64,000 bases of DNA from the human T2T-CHM13v2.0 reference genome, Homo sapiens: the NCBI RefSeq assembly GCF_009914755.1, contig NC_060926.1, one strand, 5' to 3'. Position numbers and translations under genes: made by a program. Below the pieces are notes generated by a model, which did not search any database, was not told the DNA's origin, and was given only the letters and a program-made list of their open reading frames with translations. Shown here one piece after another: positions 27,051 to 38,711 of the stretch (its first letter is position 1; the number at the start of each line of letters is the position of its first letter).

Positions 27051-27204
27051 AAAGCTCTGATGTCTGGGAGTTATTTCCAATCTGGGGAAGAAAAAGTGGA
27101 TTGAAGTGTAAGAGAAAAAGATTGGTTCATTCACGGATGATGGGTGAAGCCTGATGATGGGCATGTGGTGTTTGCAGCATGATTGGCAAGGTTTAGTCCA
27201 TGAC

Positions 27205-27381
27205 CTCCTCCTCTTCCTAGGGTGTCCCTCACTCAGTTTCCTTTGTGGGCACCTGTGAACGATGGGCTGTGTCTTCAGCCCTCTCTCCTCTCCTCTTTCT
27301 ACAGAGGGAGGTTCTACATTTTCCACGTAGACATTTCTCCTGAGCCCCCGCGTGTCATGGATGTCATGGACTCAAAAGCCC
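27205..27381 (-). pseudogene. Pseudo-exon, RGS middle helices
   Basis: ccccag|27381 (phase 2) to GAG|GTCATG (phase 2, weak donor); EERGLKTQPIVHRCPQRKLSEGHPRKRRR, one stop. Confidence 0.5.
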
Positions 27382-27419
27382 CTGGGGCATGTGTAGCTCA
27401 GGGTGGCAAGGGCTGAACA

Positions 27420-28030
27420 CATTGACTTGTCCTTAACCGGCTCCTTCTCCTCTCTCCATTTCTACGAAGCACCTCACCATGCACCTCTTACCCAAGTCAG
27501 AAACCTGAGCCTTATCCTGGATTTGGCTCTTTCTGAATCTACGAATCTGATTGTCCCTCCAGCCTGCCTGATATGCCTCACAGGTCCCATGTCTCTCTCC
27601 CACCTTCGTGCCACTTATCCTCTGGACATACAATGGGCATACACCAAGCATCTTGCTTCACTCCACATCGTAGTTACGGTGACTTTCTCAGGTAAAAAGC
27701 TGGCCACTCTCGCACATATTCTGTGGCCGCTCAGCGCCAGGAGCATATCAACCAGGCTCGTCCCAGGGCACACGGGATTGACTTTCCCAATCTCCTGCCC
27801 ACCTGCTTGGCCTCATCTTTACTACTCCTGCCCTCCTCTTTACCCCCCAGCAGAATGGAAGTCTGATTTGAAGATCGCGATTTCATTCCTATGTCACTTT
27901 GCACGTGCATTTCCCTTTCTGAAACAACTTCCCTGTTTGACAGCAAAAGCCAAGACTTTTTCTCTTTGTTTTCTCAGCATCCAGCAGAGTGTTTAATGCA
28001 TATATGATGCTTTGCTAAATATTTTGAAAA
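27420..28030 (+). mobile_element. Degenerate L2
   Basis: cccaagtcagaaacctgag..ctttgcacgtgcatttccc. Confidence 0.5.
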
Positions 28031-28113
28031 GATAGATAGGAACGCTTCAGAAAACATCATGTTTATTTAGACATATGTCTTTGTTGTCTTGCCTCGCCAA
28101 TCAGCTACCAACT

Positions 28114-28522
28114 ACAGACGGTTACAGTGGTTCAATTTAGGCTTTTTTGACTTTATGATGGTGCAAAAGCAATATGCATTTAGTAAAAATAGTACTTCAA
28201 ATTTGTAATTTCCATCTTTTCTGGGGCTAGGGATATGTGGAACAATACTCAGAATGGTGGGCAGGGCAATGAGCCAGATGTCCCAGTCAGCTATATGATC
28301 ATGAGGGCAAATAGCTGATAATGTACAGGGTGCTATGATTTCAGATGATGTTACCTCACTGTAGGCTAATGTACGTGTTCTGAGCATGTTTAAGGTGGGC
28401 TAGGCTAAGCTATGATATTCTATAGGTTAGGTGTGTTAAATGCATTTTTGACTTGGATAGTTTCAACTTAACCATGGGTTTATCGGGATGTAACCCCATT
28501 GTGTAAGTTGGGTTGCATCTGT
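28114..28522 (-). mobile_element. MER47/Tigger5-family DNA transposon
   Basis: ggctaggctaagctatgat..gggtttatcgggatgtaacccca..gcatctgta. Confidence 0.8.
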
Positions 28523-28564
28523 ACTTTGAAAGTAACATTCTTCATCATGCACATAAAAACTCAC

Positions 28565-29138
28565 TCCACTTCCAGTTCCTTTAATTCCTTAGATGACTGT
28601 GTCATTTGGAAATGAGGACAAAGTAGTAGTCATCTATGAGACCCATTGTTGGAAGCTTTCTAATTTTCTTATGAGAGTATCCATCACTTGAAAAGCTGAA
28701 ATAGTATAGCATTTTTTATGGGCAATGTATGAGAAACTGCTATAATTGGCTCTAGATTTATAGCAAATAAGACAATAAATACAGCAAACTGGATTGGTTT
28801 TTAAGGCAGCAGCCATTGTGAAACAAAAAAATGAGATTGATATTTTCAATCTCAAAATGACTATGTTGTAAACTGTTTAGAGATCATCTATTATCAGACT
28901 AAAAGTCAAACAATCTGGAATTTCTCTTAGATTTTCAAAGATGATTGGGAGATGGACTCAGATGGCACCATGTGGCAAGAATTCATAAGATTACACACGC
29001 TGTTTGTAAATTGACCTTTAAATATTAGGCTTGACGGAGAGACAAGTGTATGGGCAGATTTGAATTCAGATAAAGAAAGAATGTGAAAGTATCTGTGTAA
29101 ACTGTAAACTAAGTTATCGATACAGTGTAGGTTTTTTT
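28565..29138 (-). pseudogene. Pseudo-exon
   Basis: gtgcag|29138 to GGA|GTGAGT; two consecutive 70-80-codon minus-strand ORFs in AT-rich unique DNA. Confidence 0.55.
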
Positions 29139-29348
29139 CTGCACATAAACACGATGTACATGATTTCAAGCTAGCTCAAATTTATGAAAACTCCCAGACA
29201 GCATGAGAAATAAGAAGGAAGCAAGAGAGCAACACTTCCCCTTGCTTGCTGCCCTGTGGGTCATTGCTCGCTAACGTCCAAGGTCAAAGCCCTTGGCCGA
29301 GGGGCACTGCTGGCAGCCTCTGGGCTGGCTGACAGAAAAATACACTAC

Positions 29349-29969
29349 CACTTTTCATCTTGGTGAGTGGTCTGGCGACCTAGGGTCAAAACCGCAGCTA
29401 AAGAGATCTGCTGACAAAAAGGCAGAGTGGAAATTATCTAGATGAATCCAACCAGCTGTTAGAAAAACAGAACAACCCTGCTCTGAAGGTGACAGCAGAG
29501 GCCAGCCAGGCGTCTGTCTTTTTCCTCGGACTGGGGCCAGCTTTAAATGCAGCCAAATCAATCCATTGTACAACGGTGAACCAGCCAGTCCATGGTGCCT
29601 CTGGTTATCTCTAGGATCATCTCGTATGTTGGTAGCTGGGGAGATTGTGGCACCCCATAATAACCAGGCAGCCTGCTCTCTTACACAGGTGCATAGTGGA
29701 TGCTGCTGCTCAGAGGCTTTCGGGAGTGGCCCTTCCAGAACCCTCTGAAGGTCTATACTCCAGGCATCTGAGGTTCCCCACCAAGGGTTTTGTTTGCTCT
29801 GTTTCATGCTTGTAACATGCCAGAAGTGCAGGGCAGTTGACACCACCAGGAGCAGCCACTAAAGCAGGTAACAAGAGCCGGTGTGCCCAGCATCCTTGCC
29901 TTCAGGAGAGGCAGCCCTGGGGTGTGTCCACACTGTCCAGGAGACCCAGCCGGTTGGGGCCCCAGCTGC
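29349..29969 (-). pseudogene. Pseudo-exon(s) encoding an RGS-like repeat
   Basis: Acceptor tttcctctgtag|29969; GKDAGHTGSCYLL*WLLLVVSTALHFWH continues into the 163-aa ORF 29846-29355, ending HLDNFHSAFLSADLF. A second acceptor, tttttctaacag|29455, may mark a separate exon. Confidence 0.65.
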
Positions 29970-30109
29970 CTACAGAGGAAACCACTCATGAGCATGCCTT
30001 ATATCCCTCTCCTCCCCTCCCCTCCCCTCCCGTCCCCTTCTTTTCCCCTTGTTGAAAGACTTTCACTCATAAATCCACAAATCAGAAAAAATTCTTCGTT
30101 GGGCCATAC

Positions 30110-30428
30110 GTCCATCTTTTTTCTTTAAAATACTGTTTCTGCAATATTAAGCTTAATTACTCCTATCCGGGTTATACTTAATGCTAAATTGTCGTAATCT
30201 TAGTGCCGAGTCCCCCCAAGCAACTGCAGTTTTGCTAGAAGCTCTTTAGCTCAGCTCCTCTGAGGGCTCTGCCGTCTGTCCCTCAGCTTCCATGTCCTGT
30301 GGCTCCCCGGATGGCAGTGGCTTCCTCAGCCCCTGCAACGTTACCTTTTATGCTTGTGGATTCTAATGTCTACCAAGCAATCCTCACTTAGACTCAAGGA
30401 AGAAAACTGGGTGAATACCCCAATCTCG
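30110..30428 (-). pseudogene. Pseudo-exon
   Basis: ccttgcag|30428 to GAC|GTATGG; EIGVFTQFSSLSLSEDCL / LPSGEPQDMEAEGQTAEPSEELS with a frameshift. Confidence 0.5.
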
Positions 30429-30540
30429 CTGCAAGGCCCACACCTCACAGGTGATGACAGGGGCAGGAAGGAAGCCACACTGAGTGGAGGGTGCTGCCGT
30501 GAGCCTGCCCACCGCGTCCTGGTTTAGTCGCTAAACTTAC

Positions 30541-31599
30541 ATTTCCCTGATCTTGTCAGAAGTTCTCTCTAGGGAGGAAATGTTTTGGATATTCACCTCA
30601 TTTTGATGGTGAGCGGCTTGAAGCAGTTTGGAAGTTGCTGTCAGTACCGAAGCCCTTCAGATCTTCACGCTAATTTCCGTACAAAGAACTGCTAGGGAAA
30701 TTCCTACTCTGTTTCTCATCTTTATTGAAGCTTAAACTCAAATCCTTGAGCCTGTGAAACATGTCCTTTTCCTCTATAGACGCTTCATTTTCACAACCCT
30801 GCACGAAAACTGCTTAGAAGCATTCCTTTCCATCTGTCACCCTCCTTCACTTGGGTTTCTTCATTCCTAGTAGGGTTTCTTCAATTACCTTCTGCAGAAT
30901 AGCACTAGGTCCAGTCCCCAGGGATCGGCAACGTATAAGCCCACAGCCAGCACCGCAGTGGAGCCTTCTGTTCCTTCCCATCCCTGATGAGATGAGAAAC
31001 TTGAGTGGCAGATTTGCTGGGAACCGGATCGCAGGGTTGCTTTTTAGCCACCCCTGTCTATCAATCTGCCTTTTCCCTCAGCATGTGCGCAGTAATTTAT
31101 CCAGCTCTCCTTCACTACACTTTGTTTGGAGTGTGTGTGTGTGTGTGTGGGAGAGAGACAGAAAGACAGGGACAGAGAGAGAGACAGAAAGATAGAGACA
31201 GAGAGAGCTACAGAGAGTTAACTGAGATACAGAGACAGAGGTCAGAGACAGAGAGATAGGGAGATACAGAGACATAGAGACAGACAGAGATAGAGACAGA
31301 GATCAGAGACAGAGAGAGGCAGATAGAGAGACAGACAGAGATACAGAGACAGAGACAGAGAGAGACTGAAAGATAGACACCCGCCCCCCCACACACACAA
31401 CGTATTTCTTCAATCAGTTTCATTTCCATACCATAGGTTTTATGCTTAGGGGAAATCTCATTTCTTCCAGATAACCCTGGGCTTTTCAAGCCTCTAGTCT
31501 AAATTGCTTCTGTGAGGATTCATTTATCTCTTTTTCCATAACCTGAGTTTTGAACTTCTTGTCCGTTTTCTCCTCCCAGTGCTTTCTTTTCCTTCTAGC
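30541..31599 (-). pseudogene. Large pseudo-exon interrupted by a microsatellite
   Basis: Acceptor ccattcccag|31599 reads ARRKRKHWEEKTDKKFKTQVMEKEINESSQKQF. After the 31131-31398 repeat a single frame runs about 195 codons (..SAILQKVIEETLLGM..SIEEKDMFHRLKDLS..) to donor AAT|GTAAGT. Confidence 0.65.
31131..31398. repeat. (TG)n plus GA-rich (GAGACA)n repeat
   Basis: Direct reading. Confidence 0.95.
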
Positions 31600-31805
31600 C
31601 TGGGAATGGAGTTTTAAAGCTGAGAGTCTAGGTGGACCGCAGGGGAGTCCTGCACAGCACCGCCTCCACCCCACGCATGGCAGGGAGACCTCGCTCTCTC
31701 CGCGGGCCCTAGAGGTGCTGCGCTGCTCGCGGCCGGCAGGAGGAAGCGGGCCTCCCTGCTGTTGCCTAGGATATGTCCCGAGGTGCCTCCCATCGGACAT
31801 CTTAC

Positions 31806-32205
31806 GTGGGTGTTTTTGCTGATGCGTTTTTGAAGCTCAGTTAGGTCAAGGAAGTGCCTATCTGTGATTGAGCTTGGGAAGCACTCAGGACATATCTGGC
31901 ATTTTTCTGGCTCATAACCAAACAAATCACAGCGCCCCTCCACCACAAAAAAAAAAAAAAAAAAGAAAAAAAAAAGAAACAAATGCCTTGGCTTGTATGT
32001 ATGGAGTAAACGGACCAAAGTGGGGTCAGATATCTGCTTCTGTGAGTTCGTTCAAGTGGGGAGAATCCTCCTAACTGCAAGTGGGGCTTGAGCAGATGCC
32101 CGTGCCCGGCTGATTCTCCTACATGGAAAACTTCCAATTTCGCTCGGATTCAGGCTGCTTCTGGAGCTAGTCTCCCAGCTGGGGGAAGTGAGCGGATGCT
32201 GCCAT
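31806..32205 (-). pseudogene. Possible pseudo-exon(s)
   Basis: Acceptor catcctgactctag|32205 is phase 0, matching the previous donor across a 99-nt intron; donor CAC|GTAAGA at 31806. An A/T tract interrupts it and the frame is ambiguous. Confidence 0.4.
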
Positions 32206-32304
32206 CTAGAGTCAGGATGAGGTAAAGCGGCCAAACCCCTTGGGTTAGCGTTTTCTATTTCCTCTCGCTTTAGAATTCTCTCATTATTTGTTTTATATTC
32301 TTAC

Positions 32305-32358
32305 ATCGCATTGACAATACCCGGAGGAAAGAATTCCAGGCAATGATTCTGTCCTTAG
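32305..32358 (-). pseudogene. Pseudo-exon (54 nt, phase 0-0)
   Basis: cag| to GAT|GTAAGA; open frame LRTESLPGILSSGYCQCD, resembling RGS22 IKKERLPAFLESDCYFEY (recalled). Confidence 0.65.
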
Positions 32359-32539
32359 CTGTCTGGTGGGATGCTATTTATTCACATATCTATAGACTCC
32401 CCATGTGTGCCTTGCACAGTGCCAAAATCTCTGAATTCAAGTAGACAATAAATATTCTTGTCAAATAATCTGTGCCCTAAGGTCACTTATTAAATCAGTT
32501 ATTTAAAAGGAATGAGTTTATCCGTGAAACCAATTTTAG

Positions 32540-33070
32540 AAAGGATGATAGCTGGGTCATTGGTTACATGCATTTAAAATGCTTACGTATTTGACAAATT
32601 CCAAATTCCAAAGAGGCGGCGCCTGTTTACCTCTAACAGTGTGTAAGGGTACCTTTCCCTCCAACACTGCAAACATTGTGTATGGTCAAGCTGGTAAAAC
32701 AATTTTTACTTGGATATGTGAAAAAGGATCTCTTATAATAACTAGTTCGTGAATTTTAAAATGTGAGGTTGAAATTGCTAAGAACTTATTTAAAGTCATC
32801 TATTTATGTATTTATCTATTTAGGATTGTGTCCTATCATGTCATTTGCTTTATTTTTATTAGGTTTTTGTTTTACTTTTTGCTATTGATTTGATACTTTT
32901 TTTATGTCATAAGGAAATTGGGTTTTCGTTAGATTCCTTGTAAACACAGTTTCTCCAGTTTTCACTTGACTTTTGCATTTGCCTATGTTTTGAAAATAAT
33001 TTTGTCTTGAAGGCATTTTGAAATACTCTGGTTATGTCCATGCATCTTCTCCTTTATGGCTTTTGGCCTT
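32540..33070 (-). mobile_element. Old L1M fragment
   Basis: T-rich L1 3' motifs; approximate. Confidence 0.5.
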
Positions 33071-33399
33071 GGGAGTACTGTTGATCTAGATAAAGAGATA
33101 AACAGAGTCCTGGCGCCTAGCTAGTGATAAATCATTTGCTGAATGATGAGTCCTTCCATGAAGCCTTTTTGTGATTGTGCTGATTTTGCATCCTTCAGAT
33201 GATCAGTGCGGATACTTTCCCTGCCCACACTAGAAGACCATTGGCCATGCCCATGGCAAAGAATAGAGTGGAGGGAAGTCCCAGGGCGTCAGGCTCCGGC
33301 TCCACTTCTCTGCAATGCTCCTGGCAGGTCCTGCATGCCTCCTGTGACTGCTGTACCTCAGGTTCCCTCCTTTCCTGGTGTCAAAACTGTGGCCTCAGG

Positions 33400-33670
33400 T
33401 ATGCACTCCCATCAAACATAGCACAATCCACAAAGAGGCTATGTCTTTCCATCAGTGCTTTTCAAGAATTAGGAGGCTTCTTTAAAACAGCACCTCACCT
33501 GTCATGGCCCAAGTGCGTCAGGTGCCTGTGCGTGGAAACACAGAAGCTGGAAGAGGCCTTGGCGGGCTTAGGATGGAGCGAACCTCAGCTCTTCAAAGGC
33601 AGGGATGCCTTAGGCATCTAAGGCAGATCTGTTAACAGAATAGTCAGTCCTCAGGTTAGCTGTCGGACAC
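33400..33670 (-). pseudogene. Pseudo-exon, RGS22-like N-terminus
   Basis: Acceptors cttcttacttaaaag|33670 and ctgactattctgttaacag|33628; donor CAG|GTGAGG at 33499. Reads LDA*GIPAFEELRFAPS*ARQGLFQLL..APDALG, resembling RGS22 FLSLPTFSEAIRFNADYGVFEVANDAP (recalled). The low-coordinate boundary is uncertain. Confidence 0.65.
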
Positions 33671-33706
33671 CTTTTAAGTAAGAAGGGCCCACTGATGTGG
33701 TGGCAG

Positions 33707-35188
33707 TGAGAGGTGACAGCAGCCTAGCAGCCCTCGCTCACTCTCAGCGCCTCCTGGGCCTCGGTGCCCACTCTGGCCGCGCTTGAGGAGCCCTTCGGCC
33801 CGCCGCTGCACTGTGGGAGCCCTTCTCTGTGCTGGCTGAGGCCGGAGTCAGCTCCCTCTGCTTGCGGGGAGGTGTGAAGGGAGAGGCGCCGGCGGGAACC
33901 GGGACTGAGGGCGGTGCTTGCCAGCGCAAGTTCCAGGTGAGCGCGGGCTCCGCGGGCCGCGCACTCCCGGGCAGTGAGGGGCTTAGCACCCGGGCCAGCA
34001 GCTGTGGAGGGCGCGCCAGGTCCCCCAGCAGTGTGGGCCCGCCCACGCCTTGGTCGAATTCTCGCTGGACCTCAGCCGCCTCCCCGTGGGGCAGGGATCG
34101 GGACCTGCAGCCCGCCACGCTCGAGCGCCCCACCTTCCCGCAGTGGGCTCTCGCGCAGCCCGAGCCTCCCTGACCCGCGTTGCCCCCTGCCCTGGGGCGC
34201 TACCCCCTGCTCAGGGGCGCTGGGTCACCTCCACCGCCCAAGGGCTGAGGAGTGCAGACCTGCGGCCTGGGGGACTGGCGGGCAGCTCCACCTGCACCTG
34301 GGGCGGGATCCTAGTGCGCTGGATCCTAGGGCAGGGGATACACTAGGGGAAACCAGCTGAACCCCTGAGTCAGGTGGAGACTTGGAAAACTTTTATGTCT
34401 AGCTGGAGGATTGTAAATGCACCAATGATCACTCTGTGTCTAGCTTGGGGTTTGTAAAGGCACTAATCAGTGCTCTGTGTCTAGCTAATCTAGTGGGGAC
34501 TTGGAGAACTTTTGTGTCTAGCTAGAGGATTATAAATGCACCAATCAGCACTCTGTGTCTAGCTCAGGGATTGTAAACACACCAATCAGCACCCTGTCAA
34601 AACGGACCAATCAGCTCTCTGTAAAATGGACCAATCAGCACCCTGTCAAAACGGACCAATCAGCTCTCTGTAAAACAGACCAATCAGCTCTCTGTAAAAT
34701 GGGCCAATCAGCAGGATTTGGGTGGGGTCAGATAAGGGAATAAAAGCAGGCTGCCTGAGGCAGCAGTGGCAATCAGGTTAGGTTCTGTTGTGGGGCTTGT
34801 GTGGCTTGTTTTTTTTTAATATTCGCAGTAAAGCTTGCTGCTGCTACTCATTTGAGTCCGCAGTGCTTTCATTTGAGTCAGCTGTACCACTGACTGCAGA
34901 GGTTTGCTGCTTCACTATTGAGGCCAACGGGAGTACGAACTCACTGAGAGGAATGAACAACTGTGGACGCGCGGCCTTGAGAGCTGTAACACCGCGAAGG
35001 TCTGCAGCTTCACTCGTGAAACCAACAAGACCACGAACCCAGCAGAAGGAAAAACTACGAACCCTTTCGAACATCAGAAATAACAAACTCTGGTCACACT
35101 ATCTTTAAGAATTGTAACAGTCACTGTGAGGGTCCGCAGTTTCATTCTTGATGTCAGTGAAACCAAGAACCCACCAATTCCGGACACA
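33707..35188 (+). mobile_element. Solo LTR12 (LTR12C/D/E type, ERV9)
   Basis: tgagaggtgacagc..CpG-rich U3..tandem caccaatcagc repeats..gataagggaataaaagc..ccaccaattccggacaca; flanks gcag/gcac. Confidence 0.95.
34420..34775 (+). promoter_or_regulatory. LTR12 promoter: NF-Y CCAAT array, GATA site, TATA-like AATAAAA
   Basis: Repeated CCAAT boxes at 34420-34710, gataag at 34731 and aataaaa at 34739; this is the established ERV9 LTR promoter layout. Confidence 0.7.
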
Positions 35189-36049
35189 GCACCAGGTCCA
35201 GATTGGCAAGAAAGGACCCTGGGCTTGCTCAACCGAGAGGGACAGGAGAACTGGGAGGGCAGCCTTAAGGAAGGGTGTGACCCAGAGGCTGGGCCAGGGG
35301 GCGGAACCATGAAGGACGAGCGTAATGCCTGGCTCCTTCCACCTCTGTTCATCACCACTCTTTTTGCTGTGATTCCAACAACATTTCCTATACGTGAAAA
35401 CATTTTGAGGGAAGACTCACGAGAATCGTTTCACGAACTTATAAGCAAGAGTTCAGAGAAGTCCCAACGTAGAAAGTAAGTAGATAAAAGTCAATTGTTT
35501 TCCTTACACTGCAATAATAATGTTGAATATGTTATGGAAAATATTTTGTTTACAACAACAAATAGACTAAGCCAACAGAAGCCATAAAATCGTAGATAAA
35601 AAAACTGGTATTTACCGGAGGATCACAAAAGATTTCAGTAAAAGGAAAGATAGTATTTTTGCAGGGAAGAGTACTGCAAGTATGTCAATGCTTTTGACAA
35701 TGATTTTATATTTGTTACTTAGAATGAGAGGTAGGTTGTGAGCAGGTATGTGTTTGGGGAAGGTAAGTTAATAAGCGTGGAGTTAAATGAGTGGAATGGG
35801 GTACGGTGTAGATAGTGCGTGGGTTTACACGGGGTGTAGGTGGGTAGTGGGGTCCGGTAGGTAGTTGAGTGAGTCAGGGCCGAGGGTAGCGAGTTGTGTG
35901 GGCTAGGGGTGGATACTGAGTAGGGGACGGCAGCGTGTGGCTTAGAATTGTTGCTTGAAAAATACTCTGCTTTGTTGAGAAGACTGTTTTGAATCTAGTT
36001 GTGTTATACTATAGTAGCAGTAGAAATTTTAATTGCTTTAAATAGATTT

Positions 36050-36345
36050 TATGTATGTATTTATGTATGTATGTATTTCATTTATGTATGTATGTAAGAG
36101 GGTCTTCTTACTCGGTGGCTTAGGCTCAGTGCAGTGGTGCCATCAAGGCTCACTGCGGACTCAAAATCCTGGGTTAAAGCAATTTTCCCACCTCAGCCTC
36201 CTGAGTAGCCAGGACTACAGTATCATCATGCTCAGCTAATTTTGTATTTTTGTAGAGACGGGATATTGTTGCTTGTAGATGTTGCCCAGGCTGGTTTGGA
36301 ACTCCTGACCTCAAGCAATTTTCGTGCCTCGGCTTCCCACGTAAT
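36050..36345 (-). mobile_element. AluJ with a (TATG)n tail
   Basis: Diverged Alu. Confidence 0.85.
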
Positions 36346-36519
36346 AACTGCGTGGGTTTAGATAGTGTGTGCTGTTGGTTTTTCTAGGTGACATTTGAGA
36401 GTTTAATTATTTTGCCTCATTTTTCTTTGGCCATACAGATCTAGCCAAGCCTAGAATACTCAGTTTGGCAGAGGACAATTGGTCCCTTTTCTTTCCTTTT
36501 TCTTTTTTTTGTTAATGGG

Positions 36520-36918
36520 ATTTTAAAAAAATGTATAATTGACACATTATCATTGTACAAGTGTATGGGGTACAGTGTGATGTTTCAATGCACACAATGA
36601 TCAAATTGGAATAATTACCACATCCATTACTTTAGACGTTTATTCTTTGTGGTGACAACATTGAGTATCTTCTGGTTATCTTGAAATATACACTACATTA
36701 TTTCCTATGGTCACCCTACTGTGTAACAGAAATCATTCCTCCTAACTGTGACTTTGCCCGGATGACCAACTTCTCTGGTTCCCTGCCTCCCCCCTGCTCT
36801 CCCCAGCGCCTGGTCACTATTTTACTCTATACTTCCATGAAATCAACTTTTTAAGGTTCCAGATAGGAGTGAGATCCTGCGGTGTTTGTCCTTCATGCCT
36901 GTCTTATTTCACTTGACG
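36520..36918 (-). mobile_element. L1MA 3' fragment
   Basis: ggggtacagtgtgatgttt..gagtgagatcctgcggtgtttgtc. Confidence 0.8.
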
Positions 36919-37027
36919 AGAGTCTTCTGGGTTCACACACTGCCCCTCTTTGGGGTGAGCTTGCAGTGTTGTGGATCAGCTGCGGGGTATCAGCCTCTGG
37001 GCGCTGTGGTCCCGGTCCTCTTGTGCT

Positions 37028-37046
37028 CCGCTGCCCCCTGCTGCCC
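37028..37046 (-). promoter_or_regulatory. Candidate CTCF motif
   Basis: The minus strand reads GGCAGCAGGGGGCAGCGG, in GC-rich unique DNA. Confidence 0.45.
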
Positions 37047-37288
37047 ATCCAGGGTATGCGCAGCGAGTGGGGAAATCCTATGCCGCCTGTGAACCTTCCC
37101 ATTATGTTCGTTTCTTGTCTAAAATATGAGACTTAGGTTTTCATTGCTTCTGTTCACTTCAGAAGAATGAACAGAAAGCACTCGCCACCCTTTAACCTAA
37201 ATCAAAGTATAAGCCAACATTTCTAACAAGAGTACGGATTCTTTCTTACCTTTGGAGTCCACGGACCCTTAAAAGGTATGTGGGTCGT

Positions 37289-37730
<442 letters not shown>

Positions 37731-37744
37731 TTAATATACATTGC

Positions 37745-38330
37745 TCTGGAGCAGTGACATTGAAACTTTTTGGACTGTGCACCCCCAATATGTATATTTA
37801 CTCATAACTTGTATACGAGTACTAAGTGATGAGCTGAAGGTGAAATAAGGATGTCTTTCAACATCCTTATTCACGTCTTTCAATGTCTTTTAGTGTCTTT
37901 GTGTCTAGTGCTGATGGGTTCATAATAGCATTAGCCGATATCGCAAGTCACACAGGCAGAGGTTTGCCACCAATGGTGGAAATATAACCATACTCCTCCT
38001 TGACAGTTACCGTTCAACTTCTCATTGCTTCTATCTTGACATGTGGTTGATGAAGAACTAGTATTAGAAGTAGTCTACTCGGGAGGCTGAGGCAGGAGAA
38101 TGGCATGAACCTGGGAGGCGGAGCTTGCAGTGAGCTGAGGTCGTGCAACTGCACTCCAGCCTGGGCGGCAGAGCGAGACTCCGTCTCAAAGAAAAAAAAA
38201 ATAGTAGTATTAGGACCCTTCTCCTAATATTAGTTATTTTTTTGAGGTTCACCTGGGCTGGCATTATTAGTACCATATTGAATCTATAGTGAATACACAA
38301 AAATCTTTTTAAAGCCACTTTTCCATCTCG
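37745..38330 (-). mobile_element. hAT-Charlie remnant with a truncated AluY (38073-38199, plus strand)
   Basis: Minus-strand YGYISTIGGKP..LAISANAIMNPS resembles a Charlie transposase BED-finger N-terminus; Alu TSD tagtattag. Confidence 0.6.
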
Positions 38331-38711
38331 TGAAGTTATTTTGTTTAAAATGAATCAGCAATCCAATCAACAATTGGCTCTGATATAAGCCCTTTCTTTA
38401 TAGTGGCTGGATAATATTTTTAAAATATTGTTTGAAAGTCTGATTTCTTTTTCTACCTCCCTATTAGTCTTGAATATTACTACCGTTTACAAAACAGCTA
38501 GGTCGGTCTGGGATTCATTGCTTCTAGGAAGGAATGTTTTGATATTATTGTGTAAACATCTATATTAAAAAAAACCGTGAGAATTAATTCAGTATTATGA
38601 CTAATAATAAAGTTCACTAAGCTGGCTGAATACCAACATGTATGTACATGTACAAGTACATATGTGTACAGCACCATTCCCCTATGTCGGCAAAACCAGC
38701 TGGGAAATCGA

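Larger units (their letters stand above)
26174..27081 (-). pseudogene. Pseudo-exon split by LTR12F and AluS insertions
   Basis: Very strong acceptor (ccactttttcttccccag|27081). Removing both elements and one TSD each gives the continuous frame [49 protein letters not shown], then GC|GTATGG (phase 2). Confidence 0.75.

Noticed and set aside
34400-34710. Short direct-repeat array superficially like a CRISPR array
   Set aside because: These are the normal tandem CCAAT enhancer repeats of LTR12 in primate DNA, with no unique spacers.
33744-35108. Cluster of 100-130-aa GC-rich ORFs
   Set aside because: All lie inside the LTR12; this is a GC-content artefact.
37244-37270. Consensus minus-strand donor AAG|GTAAGA as a first exon of the fossil gene
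   Set aside because: It lies in the terminus of a hAT-like element disrupted by an Alu and has no supporting exon content.
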